A stretch of 64,000 nt of DNA from Longimicrobiales bacterium (lineage in GTDB: Bacteria; Gemmatimonadota; Gemmatimonadetes; Longimicrobiales; RSA9): the NCBI GenBank assembly GCA_035461105.1, contig DATHVV010000063.1:46446-110445 (forward strand), given 5' to 3'. Below are positions 29,872 to 39,647 of the stretch, in pieces. The notes under the pieces were generated by a model. That model was given only the letters and a program-made list of their open reading frames with translations, was not told the DNA's origin and did no database searches. Positions within the stretch are counted from its first letter, which is position 1; every line of letters begins with the position of its first letter. The position numbers and the translations under genes are program-made.

Positions 29872-31209
29872 ATGCGAAGCTGGAACGGTGCGGCGCGACT
29901 GCGGGCGCTCTGGCAGGAGGTGACGGACAGCCTCTGGTTCCTGCCGGCCCTGATCACCCTGGGCGCCGGCGCCCTCGCCGTGCTGCTCGTCAACGTCGAT
30001 GCCGGCATCGACGCCGAGGAGCGCTCGGAGCTGTGGTGGCTGTTCGGCGGCGGCGCGGAGGGAGCGCGCGGCGTGCTGGGTGCCATCGCCGGCAGTATCA
30101 TTACCGTGACCGGCGTCGTGTTCTCGGTCACGATCGTGGCCCTCCAGCTCGCGTCCTCGCAATTCACGCCGCGTGTGCTCCGGCAGTTCATGGGATCGCG
30201 GCCCAACCAGGTCGTGCTCGGCGTCTTCATCGGCACCTTCACCTATACGCTGCTCGTGCAGCGTACCGTGCGCGGTGCCACCGACGACGTCGAGGTCTTC
30301 GTGCCCGCGCTCGCCGTAACCGGCGCGGTGCTGCTCGCGCTGGTGAGCATCGGCTTCCTGATCTTCTTCATCAATCATGCGGCGCGCTCCATCCAGGCCT
30401 CGGTCGTGATCGACAACATCGCGCGGGACACACTGCGGGTGCTTGCGCTCACGTACCCGGAGGAGCCGGCCATCGCGGCGGATGCGCCGCCCGGGCCGGC
30501 CCGGCCGATCGGCGCGCGCACCAGTGGCTACATCCAGGCGATTGCCTACGACGCGCTCCTGCGGACGGCGTCGGACCGGGACCTGGTGGTGCGGGTCGAG
30601 CGCATGCCGGGGGACTTCGTGCTGGAGGCGCAGCCGCTGCTCGCGGCATGGCGCACGCGCGCGGATGGCAGCTCCGAGGCCGCCGTCCTGGATGAGGACG
30701 CCGCGGAAGAGCTGATCGGTACGCTGCACGTCGGCATGGAGCGGACGCCGCACCAGGACGTGCGGTTCGGCGTGATCGAGCTGACCGACGTCGCCGTGAA
30801 AGCGCTCTCCCCCAGCATCAACGACCCGACCACCGCGATCAACGTGATCGACCGGCTCGGCGAGGTGCTGCTCGCGCTCGCGCGCTGCCCGCCGCCCGGC
30901 CGGGCCCGGCGCGATGATGCGGGCGTCGCACGCGTGCTGCTGACCCGGCCCGACCTGTCCTGCGTGCTCGACCTGGCCGTGAACCAGCTGCGCCACTTCG
31001 CAGCGGGGACGCCGGCGGTCGCCGTCCGCCTGATCGACATGCTGGGCGCCGTCAGCTCGCTCGCCCCGGCCTCCGCGCGCGCCTGCATCAGCACGCACAT
31101 AAGGCAAGTCCTCGATGCCGCACTGCGCAGCATCGAGGACCCGCACGATCGCATCTACCTCAGCACGTCGGCCCAGCGAGCCCTGACCCGCGACGCCATG
31201 GAAGCCTGA
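29872..31209 (+). CDS. DUF2254-family membrane protein
   Basis: SLWFLPALITLGAGALAV, VTGVVFSVTIVALQLASSQFTPRVL and the following TM/soluble layout match what I recall of DUF2254. Confidence 0.7.
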   Translation: MRSWNGAARLRALWQEVTDSLWFLPALITLGAGALAVLLVNVDAGIDAEERSELWWLFGGGAEGARGVLGAIAGSIITVTGVVFSVTIVALQLASSQFTPRVLRQFMGSRPNQVVLGVFIGTFTYTLLVQRTVRGATDDVEVFVPALAVTGAVLLALVSIGFLIFFINHAARSIQASVVIDNIARDTLRVLALTYPEEPAIAADAPPGPARPIGARTSGYIQAIAYDALLRTASDRDLVVRVERMPGDFVLEAQPLLAAWRTRADGSSEAAVLDEDAAEELIGTLHVGMERTPHQDVRFGVIELTDVAVKALSPSINDPTTAINVIDRLGEVLLALARCPPPGRARRDDAGVARVLLTRPDLSCVLDLAVNQLRHFAAGTPAVAVRLIDMLGAVSSLAPASARACISTHIRQVLDAALRSIEDPHDRIYLSTSAQRALTRDAMEA

Positions 31210-31215
31210 AGACCC

Positions 31216-31280
31216 GGGAGGACGGCCGAAGCACGTGCGCCCGAAGAAGCCGGCGCCCGCCTCGCCCTCGGCCTCCTCCC
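31216..31280. repeat. G-rich/C-rich arm pair (GGGAGGACGGCCGA ... TCGGCCTCCTCCC) between the convergent DUF2254 and hemE genes; contains CCTCGCCCTCGG
   Basis: Read directly: about 13 bp of pairing with one bulge and a ~38-nt loop. Confidence 0.4.
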
Positions 31281-32300
31281 CTACGCCGTATACTCGTGCA
31301 CGAACTCCGCGACCGCGCGCACCACCTCGTGGTCGGTGTCGGCGTGCAGACCGTGCCCGCAGTTGAAGATGTGCCCGGGCCGACCGTCGATGCGATCCAG
31401 GATGTCGCGCGTGCGGCGGAGCGCGAACTCGCGGCCGGCGAGCAGCGCGGACGGGTCCAGGTTGCCCTGTACCGCGCGGTCGGCGCCGATCACGTCCCAG
31501 GCCTGGTCGATCGGCATGCGCCAGTCAATGCTCAAGCAGTCGCCGCCGGCGGCGACGACCAGCGGCAGCAGCGCCGGGTTGCCGGTGAAGAAGTTGATGC
31601 TGGGCACGCCTTTCTCGAGCAGGCGGTCGAAGATCCGCTTCATGTGCGGGAAGACGAACTCCTCGTAGTCGGCCACCGAGAGGCTGCCGGCCCAGGAATC
31701 GAACACCTGGACCGCGGCGGCGCCGGCCTCGTGCTGGGCGACGCCGAACTCGGCCATGTGCGTCGCCCAGAAGTCGGCAAGGCGGTGCCAGGCAGCCGGC
31801 TCGGACCACATGAACGCCTTGAGCGAGGCGAGCTCGCGGGCGCGCCCGCCGGTCAGCAGGTACGCCGCGAGTGTCAGGGGTGCCCCCACGAAGCCGAGCA
31901 CCGGCACCTGCTCGCTCGCGACCAGCAGCCGGATCTGCTCGAGGTTGAAGTGCAGCGTGACACGCGGATCGAACGGCGTCATGCGGTCGAGGTCGGCGGG
32001 CTTCTCGATGGGGTTCAGCACTATCGGGCCGACGCCCTTGCGCATCTCCACCTCGAAGCCGGCCCCGAAGTACGGCGTGGACAGGTCGTTGTAGAGGACC
32101 AGCGCGTCCACCGGGTAGTACTCCAGCGGCATGCGCGTGATCTCGGCGGCCGCGGGCGGGTCGCGCAGCAGCTCGAACATGTCACGCTCGGCGCGCGATT
32201 CGCGGTACTTCGGGAGCGCGCGCCCGGCCTGGCGCATGAACCAGACCGGCGTCGCATCGACGGGTTCGCGCCGCAGGGCGCGCAGGATTCGGTCATTCAT
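31281..32300 (-). CDS. hemE: uroporphyrinogen decarboxylase
   Basis: ORF trimmed to MNDRILRALRREPVDATPVWFMRQAGRALPKY (ATG at 32300). This is the canonical HemE N-terminal signature. Confidence 0.95.
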   Translation of the reverse strand: MNDRILRALRREPVDATPVWFMRQAGRALPKYRESRAERDMFELLRDPPAAAEITRMPLEYYPVDALVLYNDLSTPYFGAGFEVEMRKGVGPIVLNPIEKPADLDRMTPFDPRVTLHFNLEQIRLLVASEQVPVLGFVGAPLTLAAYLLTGGRARELASLKAFMWSEPAAWHRLADFWATHMAEFGVAQHEAGAAAVQVFDSWAGSLSVADYEEFVFPHMKRIFDRLLEKGVPSINFFTGNPALLPLVVAAGGDCLSIDWRMPIDQAWDVIGADRAVQGNLDPSALLAGREFALRRTRDILDRIDGRPGHIFNCGHGLHADTDHEVVRAVAEFVHEYTA

Positions 32301-32457
32301 GGGGGAAAAGTAGGCGTGTCGCGGGCAGCCGCCAGTCGCCGGAATCTGGACAGGCGCCGTCGGGGAAACGCCGACCGCGGCGCATCCAGCCGCGCTTGCG
32401 GGCGGCGTCCGCGCTGGCCGGCTGGTCTCCGGCAGGCCCGATCGATACCGTGGGGAC

Positions 32458-34002
32458 ATGAATCCGAAACGCAGATCCGCCCGCGCCGCCCTGCTCATCG
32501 TGTTGCTGCCGGCGGTGGTGGGCGCGGGGGCGCTCGAGGCTCGAACGGCCGCGAGCGCACCGGCGGCCGGAGCCGGCCCCGCACACCCCGGCCCGGCGAC
32601 TTCACCGGCGTCCGCCGCCGACTCCGCCCGCATCGCCGCCCGGCTCGCAGCGGTACTGGACACCGGCGCGATGGCGCGGGTGCACTGGGGGATCGACGTG
32701 CGCGACGCGTCCACCGGCCAGGTGCTGTTCGGCCGCAATGCGCACCGGCTGTTCATCCCGGCCTCCAGCCTGAAGCTGGTGGTCGCGGCCGCCGCCGCGC
32801 ATCACCTGCCCGCGTCGTTCCGGTACCGGACCACGTTCCTGGCCGGGGGTCCGCTGCGAGACGGCGTGCTCGAGGGCGACCTGATCGTGCGCGGGCGCGG
32901 CGACCCGACCATCTCGGGACGGTACGAGCCGGCCATGACGACGCTGCTCGCGGCGTTCGCCGACTCGCTGCGTGCCCGCGGCGTGCGGCGCATCAGCGGC
33001 GCGGTCGTCGCCGATGAGACGGAGTGGCCGTACCAGCCGGTGCACGGGGACTGGGAGGCGTACGACCTGAACTGGTGGTACGCCGCGCGCGTCGGGCCGC
33101 TCGGCTTCAACGACAACGCGGTCGACTTCCGGGTCGCCCCCGGCGCGGTCGGGCAGCGGGCGCGGATCACCTGGCAGCCGGACACGCGCGCGTTCCACTT
33201 CCGCAACGACACGCGCACGGTCGCGGCCGGCCGCCCGACCACGCTCGACTTCGATCGCGTCCCCGGCACCGACTCGATCTTCGCGTACGGCGAGATCCCG
33301 GCCGACGCGAGCGCGCGCACCGAGTCGTTCGCCGTGCGCGACCCGGCGCACTATTTCGCCATGGTGCTGGCCGAGCAGCTCGCCCGGGCGGGCATCGCGA
33401 TCGACTCGGCGCACGTGCGCATCAGCCGGCCGCCGCAGCTCCCAGCGCGCGGCACGGTGCTCTTCGAGTACCTCTCGCCGCCGCTCGCGCGCATCGTGGG
33501 ACCGGTGCTGCAGACCTCGCAGAACTGGTTCGCGGAGCAGCTGGTGCGCACGCTCGGTCACGAGGTCAGCGGGGAAGGCTCGTGGGCCGCGGGCCTGGCG
33601 GTGGAGCGTCGCTTCCTGAGCGACGTCGTGGGCATCGACTCCGCCACGTTCCGGCTGCGCGACGGCTCCGGCCTCTCCGGCGGCAACCTGATCACGCCCG
33701 CCTCGCTCTCGCGCCTGCTCGTGCACGTGCGCCGCGATCCGCGGCAGCAGGTGGTGCGGGACGCGCTGCCGGTGAGTGCGGCGGAGACCGGGTCGCTGCG
33801 CCGCCGACTGCAGGACCTGCCCGGGCGCGTCCAGGCGAAGACCGGGTCGATCCGCAACGTGGACTCGCTCAGCGGGCTGCTGCGCACCGACTCCGGCCGC
33901 GAGCTGGCGTTCAGCATCGTGGCGAACGGCTCGGGCGTCTCGTCCGCGCGGATGCGCAACGTGATCGACGCCGCCGTACGCATCCTCGCCGCCGAGCTGT
34001 AG
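32458..34002 (+). CDS. dacB: D-alanyl-D-alanine carboxypeptidase/endopeptidase (PBP4, S13 family)
   Basis: Signal peptide, SxxK (PASSLKL), SGL-type and KTGS (AKTGSIRN) motifs in the expected order. Confidence 0.85.
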   Translation: MNPKRRSARAALLIVLLPAVVGAGALEARTAASAPAAGAGPAHPGPATSPASAADSARIAARLAAVLDTGAMARVHWGIDVRDASTGQVLFGRNAHRLFIPASSLKLVVAAAAAHHLPASFRYRTTFLAGGPLRDGVLEGDLIVRGRGDPTISGRYEPAMTTLLAAFADSLRARGVRRISGAVVADETEWPYQPVHGDWEAYDLNWWYAARVGPLGFNDNAVDFRVAPGAVGQRARITWQPDTRAFHFRNDTRTVAAGRPTTLDFDRVPGTDSIFAYGEIPADASARTESFAVRDPAHYFAMVLAEQLARAGIAIDSAHVRISRPPQLPARGTVLFEYLSPPLARIVGPVLQTSQNWFAEQLVRTLGHEVSGEGSWAAGLAVERRFLSDVVGIDSATFRLRDGSGLSGGNLITPASLSRLLVHVRRDPRQQVVRDALPVSAAETGSLRRRLQDLPGRVQAKTGSIRNVDSLSGLLRTDSGRELAFSIVANGSGVSSARMRNVIDAAVRILAAEL

Positions 34003-34005
34003 CGC

Positions 34006-34809
34006 ATGGGGCCGCGTCCCGCGTGCGCAATGCGCGCGTGCCTGGCGCTGGCCCTGCTCGCATCAGGGGGGTGCGCGGGCGAGTCGGAGGCGTCGCGCCG
34101 CCTGACGCTCGTGAGCACGCACACGCTCGAGGACTCGGGCTTGCTCGACTCGCTCGCGGCCGGCTTCCGGCGGGCGCAGCCCGGCGTCCGGTTGCGCGTG
34201 GTCGTCGTGGGCAGCGGTGAAGCGCTCGCCATCGGGCGGCGCGGCGACGCGGACGTCCTGCTCACGCACGCTCCCGACGCGGAGATCGCGTTCGTGCGGG
34301 ACGGCCACGGCGTCCAGCGCCGGGTGGTCATGCACAACGACTTCGTGCTGCTCGGTCCACCCGGTGATCCGGCCGGCGCGCGCGCTGCCGGTGATGCCGC
34401 GGCCGCGTTCGACAGGGTACGCGAGCACGGGGCGCCGTTCATCTCCCGCGGCGACAGCAGCGGCACACACGTGATGGAGCGCGCCATCTGGGCGCGCACC
34501 GGGCACCTGTCCTCGTGGCCCCGCTACGTGGAGGCGGGCTTGGGCATGGCCGAGGCGCTGCGCCTGGCCTCGCAGCGGCGGGGCTACGTGCTGTCCGACC
34601 GGGCCACCTGGATCGTCCTGCAGGAGCAGCTCGCGCTCGAGCTCGCGTTCGAGGGGGACCCGACGCTGAGCAACGTCTACGCGGTGACGGAGGTGGTGAA
34701 GGCACGCAACCCGGCCGGTGCGGCGCTGCTTGCGGACTGGCTGGCCGGACCGGACGCCCGCCGCCGCATCGAGTCATTCCGCGGCGGCGGGCTGTATTAC
34801 ACGGAGTGA
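34006..34809 (+). CDS. TupA-like (tungstate/oxyanion) periplasmic binding lipoprotein, orphan
   Basis: Lipobox LLASGGC. STHTLEDSGLLDSLAAGF...VVGSGEALAIGRRGDADVLLTHAP...MHNDFVLLGPPGDPAG closely parallels TupA/PBP_like_2 proteins. No cognate permease or ATPase lies nearby. Confidence 0.65.
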   Translation: MGPRPACAMRACLALALLASGGCAGESEASRRLTLVSTHTLEDSGLLDSLAAGFRRAQPGVRLRVVVVGSGEALAIGRRGDADVLLTHAPDAEIAFVRDGHGVQRRVVMHNDFVLLGPPGDPAGARAAGDAAAAFDRVREHGAPFISRGDSSGTHVMERAIWARTGHLSSWPRYVEAGLGMAEALRLASQRRGYVLSDRATWIVLQEQLALELAFEGDPTLSNVYAVTEVVKARNPAGAALLADWLAGPDARRRIESFRGGGLYYTE

Positions 34810-34909
34810 TGCAGAGCGCGGGCGACGCTCGACGCGCGCGGCCGGCTGGCGTCCACTGACGCCGCCTCGCGGTGGTGCCTCACGGACGCGCCCCGGGAGC
34901 TCGGCTCCG

Positions 34910-35524
<615 letters not shown>

Positions 35525-35670
35525 GGGATCGCTCCTCCTCGGTTCGGGCCGGCCGTGGTATCGGCCGGGGGGCACTGCTTGCGGATGTAGCCCGGGCAGC
35601 GACTGGAGGCAAGCATGGAACGGTCCACGGCGGGATCCGGCGCGCCGGGCGGCGCGCCGGTGGCGAAACG

Positions 35671-36027
35671 TCAGGCGGCGTGGCGGGGCGGTTCGGCTTC
35701 GTCGTGGCCCAGCACCATCGCCTCCATACGGCCGAGCAGGGAGTTGCTGCCGGCGCGGCTGGCGCCGAACAGGCCCCCGGCACGCGCGTCGGCCGAGTCG
35801 GCGGCGCTGAACAGGTTGAGCCAGCCGTCGAAGCGCTCGCCCAGCTGCAGCACGAAGTAGAAGCGGTGCCCGGGCCGCTCGCCGGGGAACAGCACATCAG
35901 CGGCCGCAGCGGCGAAGGAAGCGGGCATCAGCACGAGGTCCTTCAGGCCGTCGATGGCGAGCTTGATCTGGAATATCGCCAGGTCGCGTAGAATGACGCC
36001 TTTGGGCGCCGGTCGGTTCTGCTTCAC
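35671..36027 (-). CDS. hypothetical protein (118 aa)
   Basis: Natural-looking composition (K, I, F, L present) compared with the Arg/Ala/Gly-rich shadow frames. No recognisable motif. Confidence 0.5.
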   Translation of the reverse strand: MKQNRPAPKGVILRDLAIFQIKLAIDGLKDLVLMPASFAAAAADVLFPGERPGHRFYFVLQLGERFDGWLNLFSAADSADARAGGLFGASRAGSNSLLGRMEAMVLGHDEAEPPRHAA

Positions 36028-36141
36028 GGGCGTTTCGGAGTACGGGCGCGGACGCGCCGGAACAGCCAGGCCGGCGCGGTGGCGCCGGGAGCGCCGTCCT
36101 CCGGCGCCTGGGTACCGTACGCGGCTCGGCCGGAGCCGGTT

Positions 36142-36534
36142 TCAGCCGGTGCGGCGCCGGCCCGAATGGGTCCCGGAAAGCTCGCCGAGCGCCCAGGTGC
36201 CGGTGAACTCATCACCGGCGAAGTCCATATTCAGGCTGAGCGGCCCGTCCGGCGTGTCCGCGGTCACCAGTACCCGGCTGCCTTCGACGCTCACCGTCCG
36301 GATGGTCAGCGTATCGGTCACGGTGCTGGTGATGGTGCCGCCCAGCCCGGTGGCGACGCGGGTGATGGTGATCGTGCCCGTCACGGGGGAGCCATCCACG
36401 ACGGTGCTGAAATCGAACGTCCCGGTCGGATCGAGCGCCACCACACCGGCTGGCGGCGACTCCGCGCCCGGGTCGGGCGTCCCCGCGCAAGCCGCGAGCA
36501 CCGCAACGACCATCGCCAGCAGCCACTTCGTCAT
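36142..36534 (-). CDS. hypothetical lipoprotein (130 aa, Thr/Gly-rich beta-type)
   Basis: Lipobox MTKWLLAMVVAVLAAC. No family recognised. Confidence 0.6.
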   Translation of the reverse strand: MTKWLLAMVVAVLAACAGTPDPGAESPPAGVVALDPTGTFDFSTVVDGSPVTGTITITRVATGLGGTITSTVTDTLTIRTVSVEGSRVLVTADTPDGPLSLNMDFAGDEFTGTWALGELSGTHSGRRRTG

Positions 36535-36565
36535 CGGGACTCTCGTTGGTTCGGGTGTCGGCGAC

Positions 36566-37075
36566 TCAGCGCACGACGCGCAGGTCGCCGGTCAGCAGGG
36601 TGGTCGGCCCGAAGCTGGGCTGTCCGAGGGCGCCCGCGTCCACCGCCAGGTTGCCCACGAGTCGATATTCGATGGCGTTGCCGGTAACCGCGTTGCGGAG
36701 TGCGTTCGCGAGGCCGGGCACGTCCGCGAAGCTGACGTTGAGGTCGAGCGGGATGATCGTGTCGCCCTGCGCGATCAGGGGCAGCCCGAGCGGCAGATCG
36801 AACGTCGCCGCCTGCTGACCCTCGAGCAGCAGGTTCCCCGCGAGGCGCGAGAGCGTGAGGCCGAAGGCGTTGGGGTTGGCGACGCGCGCCCAGACCCGGA
36901 TCCCGGCGCCGCCCAGCGGCCGCGACGTGGAGGGTCCGAGCAGGCGCAGCTCGGAGTCGCGGTCGGGGACGCGATCGAACGTCGGCGGTGCGATCAGGCC
37001 GCCCAGCGATGCACAGGCGGCCAGCGCCGTACAGGCTACTGCCGCGACCACGGTCCGGCGCCACGTCCTTCGCAT
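36566..37075 (-). CDS. LEA_2 / WHy-domain (LEA14-like) lipoprotein
   Basis: Lipobox TALAAC. VWARVANPNAFGLTLSRLAGNLLLEG...IPLDLNVSF matches the NPN-containing LEA_2 pattern. Confidence 0.65.
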   Translation of the reverse strand: MRRTWRRTVVAAVACTALAACASLGGLIAPPTFDRVPDRDSELRLLGPSTSRPLGGAGIRVWARVANPNAFGLTLSRLAGNLLLEGQQAATFDLPLGLPLIAQGDTIIPLDLNVSFADVPGLANALRNAVTGNAIEYRLVGNLAVDAGALGQPSFGPTTLLTGDLRVVR

Positions 37076-37084
37076 TCGTGCCTC

Positions 37085-37324
37085 CTACTCGGGGGCCGGA
37101 CCGCCGGCCTTGTGCCGATACGTGATGCGCCCCCGTGACAGGTCGTACGGCGAGAGCTCCAGGGTCACCCGGTCCCCCACCAGCACCCGGATCTTGAACT
37201 TCGACATCTTGCCGGCCGCGTAGGCCAGCACGGTGTGACCGTTCTCCAGCAGCACGCGGTAGTTGCGGTCCGGCAGGACCTCGGTCACCACCCCGTCCAT
37301 CTCGATGCCCTCCTGCTTCGCCAT
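37085..37324 (-). CDS. infA: translation initiation factor IF-1
   Basis: [70 protein letters not shown] is near-canonical IF-1. Confidence 0.95.
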   Translation of the reverse strand: MAKQEGIEMDGVVTEVLPDRNYRVLLENGHTVLAYAAGKMSKFKIRVLVGDRVTLELSPYDLSRGRITYRHKAGGPAPE

Positions 37325-37454
37325 GCACCCGCTCCGCTCGTCAGGTCGTCCGGCTCTCTTGCACGGCCGGAGGCAGGAAAAATAGTGCCGCTTCGCAGGC
37401 GCACGCGAGACTGACTTGCCCCGCGCGCCCGGCGGCAACCCCACCCGCAAGCGG

Positions 37455-37481
37455 CAAAGCCCCGCCCATCCGGGCGGGGCT
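37455..37481 (-). terminator. rho-independent-type terminator after the cold-shock gene
   Basis: On the minus strand: AGCCCCGCCC-GGAT-GGGCGGGGCT followed by TTGCC. A perfect 10-bp stem with a short U run. Confidence 0.6.
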
Positions 37482-37521
37482 CTCCAGTCCGCTTTCACCA
37501 CTGCGCCGACGACCCCGGATC

Positions 37522-37836
37522 CTACCAGCCGTCGCCCCTGTCACCCTCGCGATCGGCGGGCACGCCGCGGCTGCCGCCACGACCCACCTGGCCCGCACCG
37601 CTGCTCCCCGGGCCCCCGGCCGCGGGCGGATTCAGCCGCGTAACGTTGATCGCCTTGAGCCCGCGGTCCTCCTCCACGACCTCGAACTCGACTTCCTCAC
37701 CTTCGCTCAGCGTCTTGAACCCGGAGCCCTGAATGGCCGAGTGGTGGACGAATACGTCCGGGCCGCTCTGCCGCCTGATGAATCCGTAGCCCTTGTCCTG
37801 AGCGAACCACTTAACGTTGCCCGTCTCGCGCGCCAT
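37522..37836 (-). CDS. cold-shock domain protein with Gly/Arg-rich C-terminal tail
   Basis: Only the last 104 aa of ORF 37522..39606 are used. [15 protein letters not shown] (RNP1) and VFVHHS (RNP2) are followed by a 37-aa tail [35 protein letters not shown]. Confidence 0.9.
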   Translation of the reverse strand: MARETGNVKWFAQDKGYGFIRRQSGPDVFVHHSAIQGSGFKTLSEGEEVEFEVVEEDRGLKAINVTRLNPPAAGGPGSSGAGQVGRGGSRGVPADREGDRGDGW

Positions 37837-37905
37837 ATCGTGCCTGCCGTCTCCGGTGGATATGGAAACCCGGGGGCAGGAATGCATGAGTCGTTCCAAC
37901 CGGCA

Positions 37906-37987
37906 GGGACCAGGGCAGAGGGCGAGGGCGAGGAGGGGGCGGGAAGGGAGGGTGGGGGGTTGGAGGGGGAGGCGAGAGGGGGAGGGG
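37906..37987 (+). repeat. ~80-nt uninterrupted G-tract array (more than 12 runs of G3 or longer), candidate G-quadruplex-forming sequence; C-rich on the csp-coding strand
   Basis: Read directly: GGGACCAGGGCAGAGGGCGAGGGCGAGGAGGGGGCGGGAAGGGAGGGTGGGGGGTTGGAGGGGGAGGCGAGAGGGGGAGGGG. Confidence 0.6.
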
Positions 37988-38037
37988 CACGGCGTGTGCG
38001 CCTGCGCGGCGGGCGAGCGCAACAACGGAGCGTAAAC

Positions 38038-39549
38038 ATGGATTCCAGGGAAGATCGGACACGCACGCTGTGGCGGAGCACGGTCGAGCTGCCGGCGTTC
38101 GAGCGGCTCCGGGCCAATGCGGACGTGGACGTATGCGTGGTCGGGGCGGGCATCGCGGGGCTGAGCACGGCCTACCTGCTGGCCCGGGAGGGCCGCAGCG
38201 TGCTGGTGCTCGACGACGGCGACATCGGCGGCGGCGAGACGGGCAACACGACCGCGCACCTCTCGAACGCGTTCGATGATCGGTTTTCTGAAGCCGAGCG
38301 GCTGTTCGGCGAGGGCGGCGCACGACTGATCGCGGCCAGCCACGGTGCGGCCATCCGGATGATCCGGGAGATCGCGGAGCGCGAGCGCATCGAGTGCGAC
38401 TTCGCCACGGTGGACGGCTACCTGTTCCCGGCGCCGGGCGGTGAATCGCAGCTGCGCGAGGAGGCGCGCGCGGCGCGCACGGCGGGCATCGACGTGGTCA
38501 TCACGCAGGACCCGCCCTGGAACCCGTTCGGTACGGGTCCCGCCCTCCGCTTCCCGGGCCAGGCGCGGTTTCATCCGCTCAAATACCTGGCCGGGGTGGC
38601 GGCCGCGGTCCACCGACAGGGGCGCATCTGCACCGGCACGAAGGTGAGTGCGATCCACGGCGGGGAGCGCGTGCGGGTAGAGACCACGGGCGGCGCGGTC
38701 GTGACCGCGGGCGCGTGCGTGGTCGCCACCAACGCAGCCATCACGGACATGTTCCAGACGCACTTGAAGGCGGCGCCGTATCGTACGTTCGTGGTCGCGC
38801 TCGAGGTTCCTTCCGGGACCGTGCCCGATGCGCTCTACTGGGAAGACGCCGATCCCTACATCTACATCCGCCTGCACCCGGGCTCCGGCCGCGACTACCT
38901 GATCGTGGGTGGCGAGGACCACAAGACCGGCCAGGAGGACGATGGCGCGGAGCGGCTGCAGCGGCTCGAGCGCTGGACACGCGAGCGCGTGTCGGCGGCG
39001 GGTGCGCTCGCGTTCGCGTGGTCCGGCCAGGTCATCGAGCCGGACGACTGCGTCGCCTTCATCGGCCCCAACCCGGATGGCGCCGAGAACGTCTACATCA
39101 TCACCGGCGACTCGGGACAGGGCATGACCCACGGGACCCTCGGGGCACTGCTGCTGACCGACCTGATCCAGGGGCGGGCCAACGAGTGGGCGCAGCTCTA
39201 CGATCCGCGGCGCGTCAGCGCAGGCGCGGTCGGGGAGTACCTGCGTCAGAACCTGAACGTCGCAGCGCAGTACGCGGACTACGTGAAGCCTGGTGAGGTG
39301 CGCAGCGCCGACGAGGTGGCACCGGGCACCGGCTGCCTGATGCGCCGGGGCGCGAAGATCCTGGCCGTCTATCGCGACCCCGATGGACACGTCCACGAAC
39401 GCTCTGCGGTGTGCACGCACATGAAGTGCATCGTAGCCTGGAACGAGCTGGAGAGATCGTGGGACTGCCCCTGCCACGGCTCGCGCTTCGACCCCTACGG
39501 CCGCGTGCTGAACGGGCCGGCCATCGAGGAGCTCGGTCCCGCCGAGTGA
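38038..39549 (+). CDS. FAD-dependent oxidoreductase (DAO-like) fused to a C-terminal Rieske [2Fe-2S] domain
   Basis: ORF trimmed to [12 protein letters not shown] (ATG at 38038). Dinucleotide fold [18 protein letters not shown]. Rieske ligands CTHMKC...CPCHGS. Confidence 0.8.
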   Translation: MDSREDRTRTLWRSTVELPAFERLRANADVDVCVVGAGIAGLSTAYLLAREGRSVLVLDDGDIGGGETGNTTAHLSNAFDDRFSEAERLFGEGGARLIAASHGAAIRMIREIAERERIECDFATVDGYLFPAPGGESQLREEARAARTAGIDVVITQDPPWNPFGTGPALRFPGQARFHPLKYLAGVAAAVHRQGRICTGTKVSAIHGGERVRVETTGGAVVTAGACVVATNAAITDMFQTHLKAAPYRTFVVALEVPSGTVPDALYWEDADPYIYIRLHPGSGRDYLIVGGEDHKTGQEDDGAERLQRLERWTRERVSAAGALAFAWSGQVIEPDDCVAFIGPNPDGAENVYIITGDSGQGMTHGTLGALLLTDLIQGRANEWAQLYDPRRVSAGAVGEYLRQNLNVAAQYADYVKPGEVRSADEVAPGTGCLMRRGAKILAVYRDPDGHVHERSAVCTHMKCIVAWNELERSWDCPCHGSRFDPYGRVLNGPAIEELGPAE

Positions 39550-39647
39550 CGGGCTTGCCCCGAGTGCGGATCGCCGCACGGCGCGAGCCGCGTCCGGGGC
39601 CGGCAACGGCGCTGGCGCGGAGCGGGCGGTGCAGTAGCTTTGCGCGT

